Assembly: GCA_965223905.1 (NCBI GenBank) | Contig: CBDCXV010000001.1 | Coordinates: forward strand, 1,632,001 to 1,696,000 | Origin: Candidatus Latescibacterota bacterium | GTDB taxonomy: Bacteria; Latescibacterota; UBA2968; UBA8231 | Direction of reading: 5' to 3' | Length of the DNA stretch: 64,000 nucleotides | Shown: positions 41,328 through 50,704 of the stretch, piece by piece | Layout of the letters: each line of letters begins with the position of its first letter | Numbering within the stretch: the stretch's first letter is position 1 | Notes under the pieces: generated by a model | Databases searched by the model: none | What the model saw: only the letters and a program-made list of their open reading frames with translations | Told to the model about the DNA's origin: nothing | Made by a program: the position numbers and the translations under genes

Positions 41328-41691
41328 CTACCTTTGACTGATGTGTTTGTCCCTTCCGTGGAACGGGCCCCCACCGGGAAAACCGAAACGGCTCGAATGA
41401 GTACGTTTGGCCAACTAATGCGACAAATAAAGGAGACTGAGCGTGAATATCAGAAATAAGAACGCGGTCTCCGCGGATTGGACTACAGTACCCGGTTGGG
41501 ATGAGGCGAAATAGCAGTACGTCGAGCTCGACTGCGAACGGTGGATCAGGGAAAACAAAATCCGTGAGACAGGACGCGAGAACGGAGAGGGGGAGTTTCC
41601 TCCGTCGGAAGCGGTCCAGCCGGACGAGATGTACAGCGATATCCAGAATCGGCCAACCAGCTCGCCCACGCTGGCATTCCTACCTGATTCC

Positions 41692-42324
41692 TCACGGGTT
41701 CCCAGGCGAAAACCATATGCGCAGGGTTGTCTTCAGCTCGTTGAAAGCAGGGTCCTGACAACCGTCAAGTTCTACCGCGGTCGCAAGTTCAGAAAACTTG
41801 CGTGCGGATCTTTGCACTCTTCCATGCCGCATTGCTTCTCTCATTGCCTTTTTTGGATGGGTCGGCTTTGAGTCGCCAGGCGGCCACAACTGCTGGTCAC
41901 CCAGCCATCGTCGCAACTCAGAGTAGCGATCGTCCCATCCCAACACTCGAGAAACTGTAGGAGAATAGCTCCAGACCCACACTTCGAGCTCGGGCTCGAT
42001 TACGATGACTTTCGCGCCATTATCCCATCCGTTCCGTGTAAGCTGATCCTCGAGGTTTCGTTGAATATCCTCTCTTGGAAGCGAGCTTCCGCAACCATGA
42101 TGATCAAACACGACCAGTGCATATCGATACTTGCCATGATACGGTCTCAAATACTCGACCGCCTCACTACGGCAACCACTGTCTCTATTGATGTGGCGCT
42201 CAATGTCAAATTCTACTTCTTTGATACCTAGATCCCTCGAGCGAGACAGTAACCCCTCAAGAGCGTTAGCCAACTCCAAGTCGGCCGCAAGCACGAAGAG
42301 ATCTTTGGGATCCGCGCTGATCAT
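41692..42324 (-). CDS. Mad4-like / RloB-DUF4276-like TOPRIM-type partner of the ATPase
   Basis: DLFVLAAD, RDSGC, LVVFD, IEPELEVWVW, HPK, CQDPAF; ATGA overlap with the ATPase stop. Confidence 0.7.
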   Translation of the reverse strand: MISADPKDLFVLAADLELANALEGLLSRSRDLGIKEVEFDIERHINRDSGCRSEAVEYLRPYHGKYRYALVVFDHHGCGSSLPREDIQRNLEDQLTRNGWDNGAKVIVIEPELEVWVWSYSPTVSRVLGWDDRYSELRRWLGDQQLWPPGDSKPTHPKKAMREAMRHGRVQRSARKFSELATAVELDGCQDPAFNELKTTLRIWFSPGNP

Positions 42325-43589
42325 CCAATAACGCCGGAGGCGAAAAGGACATCCATGTTGGGCGAACCCCTCCAGTTCTTGAGACGTGGATGATCGTCAC
42401 CCCGCACGACATCGGTTGCGCCGGCGGAATTCTTCGCAAAGCAGAGCGCCTCTTCCAAAGCGGCCATCCTCAGCACGACGGGTGAGTGGGTAGCAAGCAG
42501 AACTTGTGATTCGTAGACCGAACTTAGTGACTGAAAGACGCAATCGACCGCCAGTGGATGAATCCCGTTCTCGGGTTCTTCCAGAATGTATATCTCATCT
42601 GATCCGGGTAAATACGCAGGAACCGTCAAGGCCAGAAGTCGGAGCGTGCCGTCGGATGCCATCCACGACGGAACCTCGACCCCCGACTTGTAGCGAAGCC
42701 TCAGGTACGCGTGGCGGTCGTCTTCGCGCTCGACGACGCCGACGTATTCCAATTCCGAGAGCGTCGTTTGAATGTGTGACAACCATTCCCGGTAAGATTC
42801 GGGGTGCTCCCGTTCGAGTTTCTTGATAATCCAAGGAAGATTCGATCCGTCCTGTGCGATGCCAGCCTCGTGCCTGGCCGGCGGACTCGCCTCTCGCATG
42901 CGAAGACTGTCGAGAAAGAGCAACTTTATCGAACTCCCCAATATCTTCTTCACATAGGTCGCGACGGGAAAACTCGTCGGGGACTCGGGGAGGTTTCCAA
43001 GCGCCGAACGGCGGTGTCCGAAGGCGATACTTGTCGCCCATCCCTTTCCGGACTTGGAGGACGTTTCCACGTTAAAATTGTCCTTCGCCTGACTTGACTT
43101 GCTCAATATAGTCCGTAGTCCACGGCGATTGCCTCCTACCAGTATGGACCGGGGTGGCTGCATCGGATCGGGGAACATCTCCCGTTGGATCGACGATTGT
43201 CGTTCTTGCGCAGGCGTGAGCAAACCTCGTTCAGAGTCAATTCTGATGTCGCCATCTGTTTCTCGAACTGCCACTTCGTAACGAAAAACCCGATAGTCTC
43301 TGTCCCGCGGTAATTGTTCACGGAGATGCTCCGGGATGTCGAACTCTACCGCCAGCTCGAAACTGAGACGGTCCCTTGGCCGCCCCCACACCAGATCCTG
43401 GAAATTGCTCGTGCGGCTTTCCACCGCGGCTTCGAGCCCATTCGATACCAAATCGCCGAGAAAAGCGATAACATCAAACAGGGTGCTCTTGCCGCTAGCG
43501 TTGGGGCCCACCAGGATGTGGAAGCGGCCAAGCTCGACATCGACGTACCGTAAACACCGGAAATTGAGTGCCTGAATGCGTCGGATCAT
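42321..43589 (-). CDS. ABC/AAA_21-type ATPase, Mad3-like
   Basis: GPNASGKS, SDGTLR, LEEPENGIHP, ATHSP. Confidence 0.88.
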   Translation of the reverse strand: MIRRIQALNFRCLRYVDVELGRFHILVGPNASGKSTLFDVIAFLGDLVSNGLEAAVESRTSNFQDLVWGRPRDRLSFELAVEFDIPEHLREQLPRDRDYRVFRYEVAVRETDGDIRIDSERGLLTPAQERQSSIQREMFPDPMQPPRSILVGGNRRGLRTILSKSSQAKDNFNVETSSKSGKGWATSIAFGHRRSALGNLPESPTSFPVATYVKKILGSSIKLLFLDSLRMREASPPARHEAGIAQDGSNLPWIIKKLEREHPESYREWLSHIQTTLSELEYVGVVEREDDRHAYLRLRYKSGVEVPSWMASDGTLRLLALTVPAYLPGSDEIYILEEPENGIHPLAVDCVFQSLSSVYESQVLLATHSPVVLRMAALEEALCFAKNSAGATDVVRGDDHPRLKNWRGSPNMDVLFASGVIG

Positions 43590-43782
43590 GATATCATCCC
43601 CACAACTTCAAATGACAAGGAATCAGATAAACTAAGGTCCTTTTGGGGATTCTCCGTCAAGGAGCTGTCCCCCCGCAGAGAAGAACCGCCGCAGCGCCCC
43701 CGGGCACCGTATGAACGCCCACAAGACCAGCATCTGAAAAAATGCCTCTGATGTTGCCACCAATCCAGGATCAAGACAATCC

Positions 43783-44643
43783 CTACGGATCGGCGCTGGC
43801 GAACTGCCCCATCTGATCGAGATTCTCCCTGCCGGTCATCTCCGCCCGCCTGAGATCGTTGGCGGTGACGGTGAGGCAGTCGTTGGTCTGCGCGCTCTGC
43901 CTGATGAACGGCTCGGCGTACCCCGTGCGGCCGAACCAGCCGTGGTATCCGGCAAAGGACTCGATCCGCTTGCGCGAAAACTGCGGGCTGTGCCCCTGGG
44001 TCTCGTACAGCGCCTCGGCCTCGATCCGCCGCGCCACCTGGTCGGAGATGTCGACGAACAGGTCGATGTCCGTCCAGCCGAACTCGACCCCGATGAAGTA
44101 GACCTGGGCGACCTGGTGCAGTGAGCGCTCCCGGCGCCTGTCCGGCTGGGCGACGCGCTGCATCGCCTGCTGAACGAGCTGGCCCGCCAGCGGGTGATCG
44201 CCGTCCCACAGGCTGAACATGTTCCTGCGGGGGTAGTTGTAGGGGGCGTGGGTGATCACGACGTGGGGGCGGACCTCGTAGAAGATGTCGGTCAGGGCCT
44301 CCATCAGCTGCGGCGACGAATCAAGGGGGTGGTCGGCGAACGGCAGGACGCGGGCATCCTCGATCCCGAACAGGGCGCAGACCCGCTGCAGCTCTGCCTG
44401 TTTGCGCTCCGCCTGCTCGCTGCGCGGGCGCTGGAGAATCTCGGCACGGCGTTCCTCCGCGGGCTTGCGCATCTCGTCTTCGAGCTCCTCGTCGTGGGTG
44501 GTGACGCCGTCGCTGAGCGAAACGACGGTGACACTGTCCCCGCGCTCGACGTGGTGGGCGGATGTTCCCAGGGTGTAGGTCACGTCGTGCGGGTGGGCGG
44601 TGATCGTCAGCAGGCGCAAGGGGGTCGGTCCGTCATCGTTCAT
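43783..44643 (-). CDS. PIG-L/LmbE-family deacetylase
   Basis: AHPHD, SDG, RPHVVITH, DH, VDIS, YETQ, YAEPF. Confidence 0.88.
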   Translation of the reverse strand: MNDDGPTPLRLLTITAHPHDVTYTLGTSAHHVERGDSVTVVSLSDGVTTHDEELEDEMRKPAEERRAEILQRPRSEQAERKQAELQRVCALFGIEDARVLPFADHPLDSSPQLMEALTDIFYEVRPHVVITHAPYNYPRRNMFSLWDGDHPLAGQLVQQAMQRVAQPDRRRERSLHQVAQVYFIGVEFGWTDIDLFVDISDQVARRIEAEALYETQGHSPQFSRKRIESFAGYHGWFGRTGYAEPFIRQSAQTNDCLTVTANDLRRAEMTGRENLDQMGQFASADP

Positions 44644-44936
44644 TGCGTTTGCTCCGCTCAGGCGGTCGGTGGTTGAGTTCCTTGCGGCAAGGGGGGCCGC
44701 CTATTGCCCCTGCCGCCCCGCCGCCTTCCGAATCGGACAGGCAACCGGGATGAGAAGGCGGCGAATCCGCGCTACTGTGGGCCAGTACGTCAATATCCAT
44801 ATCCATTGGAGGTCGTTCTCCTTCTGCCAGAATATGGCACCAGGGTGGGCGTGGGCAGTACGTCAAATATCCATAATGGAGGCATTCCGGCTCGATTGCC
44901 CGGCTGCCTCCGGATTGATGCAGGAGGGGTCCATAC

Positions 44937-46184
44937 CTACCGCTCCCACAACTCGCTCAGCGGCACGGCGAGCAGTCGCCCGCCGGCCAACCGCAGCCGG
45001 TCGCGGCCGGCGTAGAGCAGCACCCCCGACTCGAAATCCTCCCCGCAGCGGGCAGCCAGCCGGGTGAGGCCCTGCCCGTCTCCGGGGCCGAGCGTGCGGC
45101 CGGCCTTGACCTCGACACCCCAGGTCCTGCTGCCCCGGGTAAGGACCACGTCGACCTCCACGCCGTCCTTGTCCCGATAGTGCCAGAACCGCAGGTCCGG
45201 TTCCGTCCAGGTTGCCTGGGCGATGAGCTGCTGCACCACGAAGGACTCCAGCAGATGTCCCATGCGGTCCCGGCGGCGGAGCCAGTCGCCCCCGCTCAGG
45301 CCGGCGAGGGTCGCCGCCAGCCCGCTGTCGAGCAGATGGACCTTCGGCGCCTTGACGAGCCGTTTGGCCGGGTTGCGGTTCCACGCGGGCAGTCGCCGCA
45401 CCAGGAAGAGCCGCTCGAGCACGGCGATGTAGTGATCCACCGTTTCCCGGTGCAGTCCGAGGATGCCGGCCAGGTTGAGTATGTTCAGCAGTTCGGAGCT
45501 GCGCAGGGCCAACAGCTCCAGCAGGCGGGCCAGCTCGTTGGCGTCCCTCACCCGCGCCACCTCCTGCACGTCCCGCTCGATGATGCTGCGCAGGTACTGC
45601 CGGTGCCATTGCCGGGCGCGGCCGGGTGCGCGGGTCAGCGGCTCCGGATAGCCGCCGGCAACCAGCCGCTCCGGCAGCGACGGCCCGGCAGGTTCCGCTC
45701 CAGGCCGGATTCCCGGTTCGAGCGCGCCCTTCAGCAGATCGCCGAGGAACCGCCCGGGCCGGCGCTCCTTCTCCGATTCGGTCAACGGGTGCAGCTGCGC
45801 CATTTCCATCCGTCCCGCCAGGGATTCGGTAATGGTCGGCACCAGCAGAAGGTTGGCCGAGCCGGTCAGCAGGAAACGGCCGGGACGCCGGTCCTGATCC
45901 ACGCTCCGTTTGATGGCGGGGAGCAGTGCCGGTACCCGTTGGACCTCGTCCAGAGTCACCTCTTCCGGCAGGCTGGCGACGAAACCGTCCGGGTCGGCAC
46001 CGGCGTTCTGGTAGTAGTTGTGCTCGTCCAGGCTGACGAACGCACGCTCGGAAGCGAGTTGCTGCGCGAGCGTGGTTTTTCCGCTTTGCCGAGGCCCGAG
46101 GAGACAGACCACCGGCGTGTCGGCCAGGGCCTCCCCGAGGACAGGGGCCAGCGAGCGGTGAAACAGAGATCGGTCTGCGTCCAT
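44937..46184 (-). CDS. AAA_14 ATPase with DUF4143 and C-terminal PD-(D/E)XK-like motif
   Basis: GPRQSGKTT, LDEVQR, LTGS, SLAGR, GGYP, DSGL, EVDVV...VEVK. Confidence 0.93.
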   Translation of the reverse strand: MDADRSLFHRSLAPVLGEALADTPVVCLLGPRQSGKTTLAQQLASERAFVSLDEHNYYQNAGADPDGFVASLPEEVTLDEVQRVPALLPAIKRSVDQDRRPGRFLLTGSANLLLVPTITESLAGRMEMAQLHPLTESEKERRPGRFLGDLLKGALEPGIRPGAEPAGPSLPERLVAGGYPEPLTRAPGRARQWHRQYLRSIIERDVQEVARVRDANELARLLELLALRSSELLNILNLAGILGLHRETVDHYIAVLERLFLVRRLPAWNRNPAKRLVKAPKVHLLDSGLAATLAGLSGGDWLRRRDRMGHLLESFVVQQLIAQATWTEPDLRFWHYRDKDGVEVDVVLTRGSRTWGVEVKAGRTLGPGDGQGLTRLAARCGEDFESGVLLYAGRDRLRLAGGRLLAVPLSELWER

Positions 46185-46260
46185 TTGTCGGTTATCCCAG
46201 CGTCCAATTGCCGGTTAATATAGCGTCCAATTGCCGGATAGGACAGCGTCCAATTGCCGG
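46176..46260. repeat. Four direct repeats, 16-bp core AGCGTCCAATTGCCGG, 23-bp period
   Basis: Exact copies at 46199, 46222, 46245; 13/16 copy at 46176 spanning the start codon; 7-nt variable spacers. Confidence 0.92.
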
Positions 46261-46326
46261 ATAGCGGACGACACAGGCAGGGCGCAGAGTCGGGATGGGA
46301 AGCTGAGGCTCGGGTCTGCGGGCAGG

Positions 46327-46456
46327 GGCGACGCTTGGAGTTCAGTCCATCGAGACCCACTGGATGTGGCGGTACCCGGGAGGGGCGTCTACCGGCTGCT
46401 CCCGCGCTGCCACCTCGGCGGCCGCGGGGCCGCAGGTGAACCGGTACGGTCCCGGC
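46327..46456 (-). pseudogene. Orphan 3'-end copy of the GH2-like gene
   Basis: 130 bp matching 48623-48752 with 8 differences by manual count; PGPYRFTCGPAAAEV...HIQWVSMD*. Confidence 0.92.
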
Positions 46457-46551
46457 AGACCTCGTAGCAGGTCGTCAGCACCGAGTTTTTTTGAGGTCTC
46501 CGGATCACCGTTACGCCGATGCAGGTCCGTTAGGTTCATCCATGCGACCAA

Positions 46552-47073
46552 TCACGCGCCAAGCCGGCGATGTTGCTCGTCTTGTGCGCCGTTCCGCAAC
46601 CAGTCAATGGGCGATTCTCCAGTTCGTGTTGGATTCACCCACACAATCTGCTTCAATTCGCTGACGCCTTCCGATGCCTGCGCAAATGCCCGGCGGGCGC
46701 GCTCATCCTGAGAAGTCACCAGCCGTTCCGTCGAAATCGCCGCTTCAATGAGATGGAGATCTTTGGCAACTGCCGCCTTCTGATCAGGTAACAGACTCGC
46801 ATACACACGTTCTCGCAGGGCTTCCGTGCGTTCGCCGATAATCTCTACAACCATCTTCCGGCGTGTCATTTGACCCAACCAGACAGCCGAGAATATGGAT
46901 GGGCGGCGTTGCCATTCCGCTCGTATCGGGTCCGCCATGACAATCCGGTGTCCAACTTCGGACACAACTTCCAAAAAAACCCGGCAGGCGCTGGAAACTG
47001 GATGTTCCGATCCGCCTGCTGAACCTGCGACACTGGCATCAATCACCAACTGGCGAGAGTGTCGTGGTGCCAT
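46552..47073 (-). CDS. PIN-like domain protein
   Basis: LVIDAS, KDLHLIEAA, VTSQD acidic pattern; overlaps the ATPase end. Confidence 0.65.
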   Translation of the reverse strand: MAPRHSRQLVIDASVAGSAGGSEHPVSSACRVFLEVVSEVGHRIVMADPIRAEWQRRPSIFSAVWLGQMTRRKMVVEIIGERTEALRERVYASLLPDQKAAVAKDLHLIEAAISTERLVTSQDERARRAFAQASEGVSELKQIVWVNPTRTGESPIDWLRNGAQDEQHRRLGA

Positions 47074-48379
47074 GTATTCGACTCCGCTCCGCTACCGCAT
47101 CCAAGTACGCGCCCTCGGCCTCCAGTACAACGTCGTCAAAGTCCTCCGGCCAGTCGCCAAAAGCACCGTTTTCATTCAGATCAGCGCCCTGAATCTCCGT
47201 CATGCCATCCTCGGAATTGCGCCAAAACCAGTACAATTTCACCAACCCGGGATTGAGATTCCCCTTTGCTACCAGCGTTTGCAAACTTCGCAGCAACAAG
47301 GCGCTGTGCGTTTCAACCACTACCTTCACGCCCCGCTTTGCCGCCGACGCCAGAATCGTCGCCAGCGCATGCTGGGCTCGCGGGTGCAAATGCAGCTCCG
47401 GCTGTTCGAGATAAACGAGCTGTCCTTGCCTCGCGACCAGAAGCGCGACCAGCACGGGCAACACCTGCGAGACGCCAAAGCCAACGTCCGCGATATTTAC
47501 GAGATCGTCTGCCGGCGCAGATTTTGGCAGGCGCCCGACCAGCAACTCGAGTTGCGTATCATTTACCGCCTTCGCAGTAACCTTCCAGGTCAGGCCGAGC
47601 TCTTGGAGCATGCCCCAAAGAAATCGGAGACGATCCCCGTCTTCTACCTGCCAATGTGCAATGACGCTCGCAGCGTAATGTTCGAATGTGCCTGGAAAAT
47701 CGGGACCTACCGCGGTCCTGTTATACACGCGCTCCGGGTTGCCGCGTAAGCCGGGGATGTGAATGATCCTGTTCAGAAGGTGGCTCCAGGATTTGGGAAG
47801 AATTGGCAAGGCGAGCGTCGACTTATCATCCAGCATTTCTATACTGATGTCGAGAAAACACCGTCTTCTGACGACAAACGGCTTGAACGCTCCAATCCAC
47901 TCTCCAACTTTGAACATCCCTTTAATTACTGATTTATTGACAGCCTTTACTATTTCGTCGGACCTCTGGTCCGGGTCCAATCGAATTGCGCCTTCTCCCA
48001 TTCCATAAATGACTTCTCGAATTTCAAGTGCATGATCCTTGATAACGAATACGGCCCTGAATATATCGCCCGGCATCTCTATCTCGATGCTGAATTCCTG
48101 ATTTGCAGAATCTTTCCGCGGACGCGAAACAACTTGGTCAAAGGAGGTGAATTTCGCGTTGGGGCCATCCAGCAAAAGCGGACCGGGATCGTAACTCGCT
48201 TCAAGCGTCTGCTTCATCAGCAACAGCGGCTGCATGATACTCGACTTGCCGGAACTGTTCGCCCCGGCAAGGATGGTCAATGGACGTATTTCCACGCGGC
48301 TCTCTTCTGCGATCGACTTGAACCCGCCCACCGAGATTGCCGTAATCCCTTCCTGTTGTGATGCTTGCAGGTCTGCCAT
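47039..48379 (-). CDS. ABC/AAA_15-21 ATPase with DUF3696-like tail
   Basis: GANSSGKS, DVGFGVSQVLP, LEQPELHLHP, ETHS, GDWPEDF; lower GC. Confidence 0.9.
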   Translation of the reverse strand: MADLQASQQEGITAISVGGFKSIAEESRVEIRPLTILAGANSSGKSSIMQPLLLMKQTLEASYDPGPLLLDGPNAKFTSFDQVVSRPRKDSANQEFSIEIEMPGDIFRAVFVIKDHALEIREVIYGMGEGAIRLDPDQRSDEIVKAVNKSVIKGMFKVGEWIGAFKPFVVRRRCFLDISIEMLDDKSTLALPILPKSWSHLLNRIIHIPGLRGNPERVYNRTAVGPDFPGTFEHYAASVIAHWQVEDGDRLRFLWGMLQELGLTWKVTAKAVNDTQLELLVGRLPKSAPADDLVNIADVGFGVSQVLPVLVALLVARQGQLVYLEQPELHLHPRAQHALATILASAAKRGVKVVVETHSALLLRSLQTLVAKGNLNPGLVKLYWFWRNSEDGMTEIQGADLNENGAFGDWPEDFDDVVLEAEGAYLDAVAERSRIHGTTTLSPVGD

Positions 48380-48462
48380 TTTTCAGCCCCTCATCCAGCG
48401 ATTATGTGAATTTGACAGTGGGAGTGGCCATAAAGTCCGGTGATAGCTTTCGAATCTACTAA

Positions 48463-48502
48463 TAAGAGATGCTCCTGTCAGTTAAGAGATGCTCCTGTCA
48501 GT
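48463..48502. repeat. Perfect 20-bp tandem duplication TAAGAGATGCTCCTGTCAGT
   Basis: Copies at 48463-48482 and 48483-48502. Confidence 0.92.
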
Positions 48503-48637
48503 CCGTGGCAAAACTCGTGGGTCGCCGCCGGTCCGCGTTTCACAGGGGCGGATACCGATTGGCACCGGGAGCGATCGAACCGCCCATTTTTGAGACCCTT
48601 AAGCGGAATTCTCCGAGTTGACGGCGACGCTCGGAGT

Positions 48638-50704
48638 TCAGTCCATCGAGACCCACTGGATGTGGCCGTACCCCGGCGGGGCGTCGACCGGCTGCTCCTG
48701 CGCCACCACCTCGGCGGCCGCGGGGCCGCAGGTGAACCGGTACGGTCCCGGCTCCGGCAGCACGAACCAGCTCCTGCCGTTGCCGTCGGCGCGCACCCCA
48801 AACGGGGCCGCCGCCTGACCGGCGAGCGGCTCGACGAACACCGGCGCCCCCGGCCGGGCGGTCTCGACGATCACTTCGGGCAGACGCCGGGAATTGAGCG
48901 GCCCGACGTCCCGGCCGGCGATCCGGCGGTAGAGGTCGCGGGACCATTGGCGGGTCGCGGTCTCGACGACGAGCGGCTTTTCCGGATCGCACCAGTTGAG
49001 GTAGAGAGCGGCCTTGCCCCAGGCCGCCTGCGTGCCCTCGCCGAACGGGTCGATGCGGGCGTCGGCGCCGGACTGGGAGGGCCAGCTGACCTTCGGCTCC
49101 ACCGGGGCGGCCAGGCTCCCGGGGACGTCGCCGGTGAAACCGCGGTAGTCCATGTCCGCGAGGAAGAAGGTCTGCAGGCCGTGGATGTTGCGCCCCGGCA
49201 TGCTCAGCAGGAAGTCCCACCACCCCTCCATCAGCGGGGGCTCCCCATCGAGGTCCCAACGGCCGGACTCGAAGATTCCGGCCTCCCCGACCCGCACCGG
49301 CTTGCGCGGCAGCGCCGGATCGGTGCGCACCGTCTCGATGGCCGCCTCGATCTGCTCGAAGCCGCTGAACAGGCGGTAGCAGTCGATCAGCCCGACGAGC
49401 TCGGAGTCGGCGACCCCGGGGTCGAAGGTGACCTCGGCGATGCGGGTCGGGTCGAGCTCCTTCACCTTGCGCAGCAGGGGCACGCAGAAGGCGGGGTCGC
49501 GGGCGTCGGTGACATCCCAGAACAGGATCGACGGGTGGTTGCGCGTCCGGCGGATCCAGGCGTCGGCGACGGCGAGGTGGTTCTCCATCACCAGGCTCGC
49601 TTCCGCTCCGTCGAGATCCTCCGGAAATACCTGGCCGGTGCCGACGCAGAAGTTGGCGCCGACGACGAAGGTCCCGGACTCGTCGGCGACGTCGTAGAAG
49701 ACCGACGGCGGGTCGTAGCGGTGGTGCTCGACGATGCTGACGTTGGCCGCGGCGAGATCGCTGAACTTCCGCGTCAGCCACTGGCGCTCGTACACGTAGG
49801 GGACGGTGTGGTCTCCCCACGGAATCAGCTGCTCGCCGTTGAGCAGCAGCCGCTCCCCGTCGGCGCGGATCTCGCGGAAGCCGAAGCGGGCGATGTCGCC
49901 GTCGACCGGCCCCTGCCGGTCCGAGGAGAGGTCGATGCGCAGGAAGTAGAGCACCGGCTCCCCGTACGGCGGCCGCCCCCAGGGCACGGCATCCGCCCAC
50001 TCTTCGGTGCAGCCGACCGCGGCGGTTTCGCCGGGCCCCACCTCGACTTCCCGCGGCGGCAGCGGCAGCACCGTCTCGCCGGCGCGCGCGACCTCCCAGC
50101 TGACGAGGCCGCGGAACCGCTCGGGCCCGTCGTTGCGGACCGTCACCTCGGCCGACAGGGTCTTCCCGCGAACGGAAGTGATCACGTACGGATCGGCGAG
50201 GTGGACGAGCGGCCGGCAGCGCAGCCAGGCGTCTCCCTCGATGCCGACGGTGGCGGCGCTGGTGTGCCAGAAGCGGGTGTCGAGGGCCTTCTCCGCGGCC
50301 TCGCTGAGCTCCTCGGCACCGGGATGGGCGTAGCGGCCGCGGCAGGCGTGGGTGAACAGGACCAGCTCGTGCTCACTGCCGGGAGCGGCGCGGTCCGTCA
50401 GGTCGATGAGCCAGGGCAGGCGCAGGTGGTGGTGTTCTTCGACGGGATCGCCGTCGAGGTAGGCGCGGCCGTAGTGGCGCACGCGGTCGAGATCGAGGAA
50501 CAGTCGCCGGCCGTCGCCGGTCTCCCAGCCCTCCGGCACCGCGAGCGAGGTCCGGTACCACCCGGAGACGGGGGGATCCTCCTCGAACTCGCGCGACCGG
50601 TGCGGCACCCGCACCCGCCGCCAGCCCCCCTCGGGAGCGGCGCCGTCCCCCCCTTCGGCGAACTCCCACTCCCCGTTGAGCAGAAGCTTTCGGCGGAGGC
50701 TCAT
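48638..50704 (-). CDS. Glycoside hydrolase family 2-like protein
   Basis: LNGEWEF, GWYRT, FGFREI, LLNG, RNHPSILFW, LDPTR; ATGA-coupled to the aldolase. Confidence 0.85.
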   Translation of the reverse strand: MSLRRKLLLNGEWEFAEGGDGAAPEGGWRRVRVPHRSREFEEDPPVSGWYRTSLAVPEGWETGDGRRLFLDLDRVRHYGRAYLDGDPVEEHHHLRLPWLIDLTDRAAPGSEHELVLFTHACRGRYAHPGAEELSEAAEKALDTRFWHTSAATVGIEGDAWLRCRPLVHLADPYVITSVRGKTLSAEVTVRNDGPERFRGLVSWEVARAGETVLPLPPREVEVGPGETAAVGCTEEWADAVPWGRPPYGEPVLYFLRIDLSSDRQGPVDGDIARFGFREIRADGERLLLNGEQLIPWGDHTVPYVYERQWLTRKFSDLAAANVSIVEHHRYDPPSVFYDVADESGTFVVGANFCVGTGQVFPEDLDGAEASLVMENHLAVADAWIRRTRNHPSILFWDVTDARDPAFCVPLLRKVKELDPTRIAEVTFDPGVADSELVGLIDCYRLFSGFEQIEAAIETVRTDPALPRKPVRVGEAGIFESGRWDLDGEPPLMEGWWDFLLSMPGRNIHGLQTFFLADMDYRGFTGDVPGSLAAPVEPKVSWPSQSGADARIDPFGEGTQAAWGKAALYLNWCDPEKPLVVETATRQWSRDLYRRIAGRDVGPLNSRRLPEVIVETARPGAPVFVEPLAGQAAAPFGVRADGNGRSWFVLPEPGPYRFTCGPAAAEVVAQEQPVDAPPGYGHIQWVSMD

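Noticed and set aside
46176-46260. Possible CRISPR array
   Set aside because: 16-bp repeats with 7-nt spacers are far too short, and there are no cas genes.
46342-46551. 69-aa ORF ending like the GH2 protein
   Set aside because: Chimera of a short unrelated 5' piece with the orphan 3'-end duplicate.
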